A stretch of 64,000 bases of DNA. It comes from the human T2T-CHM13v2.0 reference genome, Homo sapiens. Location: the NCBI RefSeq assembly GCF_009914755.1, contig NC_060934.1; one strand, 5' to 3'. The position numbers were made by a program, and so were the translations under genes. Below, piece after piece: positions 60,900 through 64,000 of this stretch. The notes beneath the pieces are model-generated. The model searched no databases, was not told the DNA's origin, and saw only the letters and a program-made list of their open reading frames with translations. Every line of letters starts with the position of its first letter. The stretch's first letter is position 1.

Positions 60900-61735
60900 C
60901 AAGAGTCTTTCCCCCAGTGTTCAGAGCCAGGCAGCCACGTCTGCCCCAAGATGTCTGGTCTGGGCTTTTGCCTTGTCATTGACTTTGCTGTAAGGATTTT
61001 CTCGACAACTCCATGCAAGTGTTTCTGACAGTGGCTCCTCCCTGTGGGTTAAGGGAGGGGGTCCCAGGGGAGCAGACTCCTGGCAGAAGATGTGGGGAGG
61101 GCTTGAGCGTGTGTTTGAGAGGAGATGGGATGTCAGGCTCAGGAAACTTCTCTGGAGCTGTCTCCCAAGGCATTGAGAGTATTTACATATAGTCTGGAAA
61201 AAAATTAAGACCAAACTTCGCAAAGTGACGGCTTTTCTTTTCACAGCCTTTGTGCGCACATTCTTTTAGATCCTGGCCTGGTTCTTTCTCTCTAGTGGCC
61301 ACAAACCTTATGGCGTAACTTTCTAAATGGGGAGAAGAATGTCCAATTTAGAGCCTGCACTTAGAAACCTGGGAATAGTTGGTTTGTGAATTTTGGTGGC
61401 AGTGAGTAACCCATTGTGTAAGTGAAGACGTTGTTACTGCAGAAGCTGAGTTTAAACATCCTCTTTGATAGTGTTTGTATGAATTTGAGTGTACTTTTCT
61501 CCACTCCCTGTGTGGGTTTGTATTCTTTAGTCCCAGCTGTTTGTGATAATTCACTGTCAAATACATAATTAACAATTTTGTAAGTCAAGTTTAGTGATGT
61601 TTTTACATTCATGCACTGAATGTCTTTTCTGTCTTAAGCCAGGTCCATCTTTTTAATTTAATGTCCTTCCAGCCCCAGCCCCGAAGAAAACCTGTTTCCA
61701 GAAAATTTGTCATTCTAATATCTTTCTAAAGAGGT

Positions 61736-61783
61736 AACTGTATCAAAGTGGACTTGGGAAACTGTATCAAAGTGGATTTGAGA
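61736..61783. repeat. 24-bp tandem duplication
   Basis: AACTGTATCAAAGTGGACTTGGGA / AACTGTATCAAAGTGGATTTGAGA, identical at 22/24. Confidence 0.9.
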
Positions 61784-62699
61784 ATACAGATGTGGATTGT
61801 GGTGTGGAATTGCTTTGGAATTCAAAGCTGGTAGTGTAGACTGAGTTGATGATGGATCCAGTTGTAAATAATTTTTTTGCAACAGATGATGTCAGTGACA
61901 GTTTTATAACTGGGATTACAGTAGACTAGAATAAGTTGTTGGAATATGGGTGAGAAAGCAAGTCAGAACCAAGTGTTTAGTCAATAAAATAAAACCAAAG
62001 AGTTAAAAAATTAAGGAATATCTATTTACGTGTTTTATTTGGAAGCACACATTATAGTGGCTTCACCCACAGTGTGCTGTTTTAAGCATTCATTCTAACT
62101 TTCTGATCTTAGGAAATTTATTAATATAAACAATCTCTTAGGGTCAAAGGAGAAAACCAAATTATCTTAAGGGAATTCAAAATTCATTTCTGATAAAATA
62201 TCCCGGTAAACTAGCACTGGAGACTTAACACGATACAGACTCTTTACCTCAAATCAAAAGCAGACATCTTCTTTTGTGGCCCTATATTAGAGAAAGTCAG
62301 GGTGGAGATAAGGGTGGCCATGTCCATTATGATTTAAATTCAGTACTTTCTTAATTTTGGAAGATCTTGCCTAGAGTTTATTGGTGCCTTTTGTGATGAA
62401 TCTGACCATTAAGCATTCTATTTTCTCCTGCCCTAAGTTTACAATTTTTAAAAATTAGTTGCTAACCTTTAATGAACTGGAGGTTTCACCTGCCTCCCCC
62501 CAAAATCCTTATCTCTGACTTCTTTTGAAGATCTGGGAAAATGAACTCTTTCTCCTGAGGGTAACCTCAGAACAGAGTGGCAGCTGCTGCCTATAGACAC
62601 AGAGTGGCATTCCCCAGGTGACCAGTCCTCACCTGGCTCAATTCACTCTGTATATTACCTGCCCGCCCCAGTGGGCATTTGAGCTTGCAATCCCTGCCT

Positions 62700-63095
62700 C
62701 AGCTAATGCAGTAAGATAAGAAATTGAAAACAGAGGTATAAGGAATGAAAAGGAGGAGATAAACATATCATTATTTTTGAGTGAACTCATTGCTAATCTG
62801 GAAAATCCAATCAAATCAACTCAAAAACTATTAAATCAATTAGAGTTATATAAAGTAGTTAAAATATAGAAAAATTCATATAGCAAACAAAAATGGAGGG
62901 GAGGGGTGGATATGTCTCATTTCCAATTAACACTAACAACAAATACCTACAAATTCAGAAGAAAGAATGGGGGATTTATATGAGGAAAACTATAAAACAT
63001 TACTGAAAAGGTGAAAGAAGATGAAAAAAGGATGAAAACAACCATATTCCCAAATAGTCCAAATTTATCAAGTTGAAATCCCATGAAAAGGTAGT
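62700..63095 (+). mobile_element. Ancient L1M ORF2 (RT region) fragment
   Basis: AGCTAATGCAGTAAGATAAGAAA...CTGGAAAATCCAA...AAACTATAAAACATTACTGAAA. Confidence 0.75.
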
Positions 63096-64000
63096 CTTCC
63101 CATCTCTTAAGGGTCCATGAAATTCCTTGACACTTTTTTAAGAGAAATGTGAGAAATTGCTGCTTTGCTTTGCTCTGGGTGCCTAGGAAATTGGGACCTG
63201 TTTGGGGCAGTTTCCAGGAAATGGGAACAAGGGAATGCAGGCTCTGATGACCTTTGCACTACATTTGTGTTTTGAGTTCGTAAATCAGTAATTGATAAAT
63301 GACAGGCTGGACCTCAGCTGTCTTTAAGGAACTCTTTGCCAGCAGTTACTATTATTTAAGTTTTTAATGAGCCACCTTCAGGCCAGGGTGGACTAGAGCC
63401 CCGAGAATTGTGCCTGAGTGTCTGCAAGCAGGATTTGGCCTTTCGCATGGTATGATGGCCTTGTTTTCTCCCTTCTCTCTATTTAATGACTTTTGAGGAG
63501 TTGAGGCTATTGGTTGCTGGGTGGTTTCTATTTTCAAAGTCTTTCAGTTTTTGGAGAAATTTGAGTCTGTCTGTCCCCCCAAAATAGAATTCAAGGTTCT
63601 GGCCTTAAAAACATGTACCAGGAGGCCTAATTTCTGTCCATAATTAGGGCCACAACCATCACCCACAAGGGAAAGAGATGAATGGGCCCAAAGTGGAATG
63701 TTTCTGGTTCTACAGTTACAGGGATTGATGAAAAAAGATGCATTTGATTTGAAGGATGAAAAAAATTGGTCGTTATTGACATTTAAAAGGATGCCCACAC
63801 TTATTTTCCTGATTACATTGTTTGTGCAGAGGCTCCTACCCCTGCATGTTATGTTGTCAAGTTCATGTTTTTCCTTGCTATTTTTTTTTTTTTAAAACGA
63901 TTGGTCTGCATTCCTGTATTTTCTAAGAAACCCATGGGTTGTGGTTGTGGGCTCGTACTGCACCCTGTTTACTCATTTTTGAGAAGCCATGTCCAAAGTC

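Noticed and set aside
60846-60906. T29 run as an antisense solo poly(A) retro-insertion
   Set aside because: No properly placed TSD; AAGAGT on both sides is short and not adjacent to the run.

Overview
This is primate (almost certainly human) non-coding genomic DNA, not a prokaryotic accessory region. I found no intact protein-coding gene, RNA gene or CRISPR array; every ORF I could recognise is a decayed transposon frame. Much of the window is interspersed repeat. The largest structure is a three-level nest: an old L2 split by a complete MSTA MaLR provirus (LTR-int-LTR, minus strand, 2926-11728), itself split by a near full-length, dead L1PA7-like element (3660-10026, plus strand, 12-14 bp TSD). 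There are also 8 Alus plus one monomer, a THE1C-like LTR carrying a compound (CAG)11(TAG)4 repeat, a solo ERV LTR with a 4-bp TSD, several hAT and Tigger MITEs, and many MIR/L2/L1M relics. Between repeats lie unique blocks with an orphan CpG-rich patch (about 20385-20870) and dense TALE/homeodomain/FOX motif clusters, which look like developmental enhancers. Repeat orientation suggests a large intron of a plus-strand gene that I cannot name. I see no evidence of a new biological system. The best leads are local: the triplet repeat beside a DUX4-type site, a solo poly(A) insertion with TSD, a possible L1-antisense/MSTA chimeric transcript, and a hairpin/duplication cluster at 23.6-23.8 kb. Subfamily names come from recalled consensus features and need RepeatMasker/Dfam confirmation.
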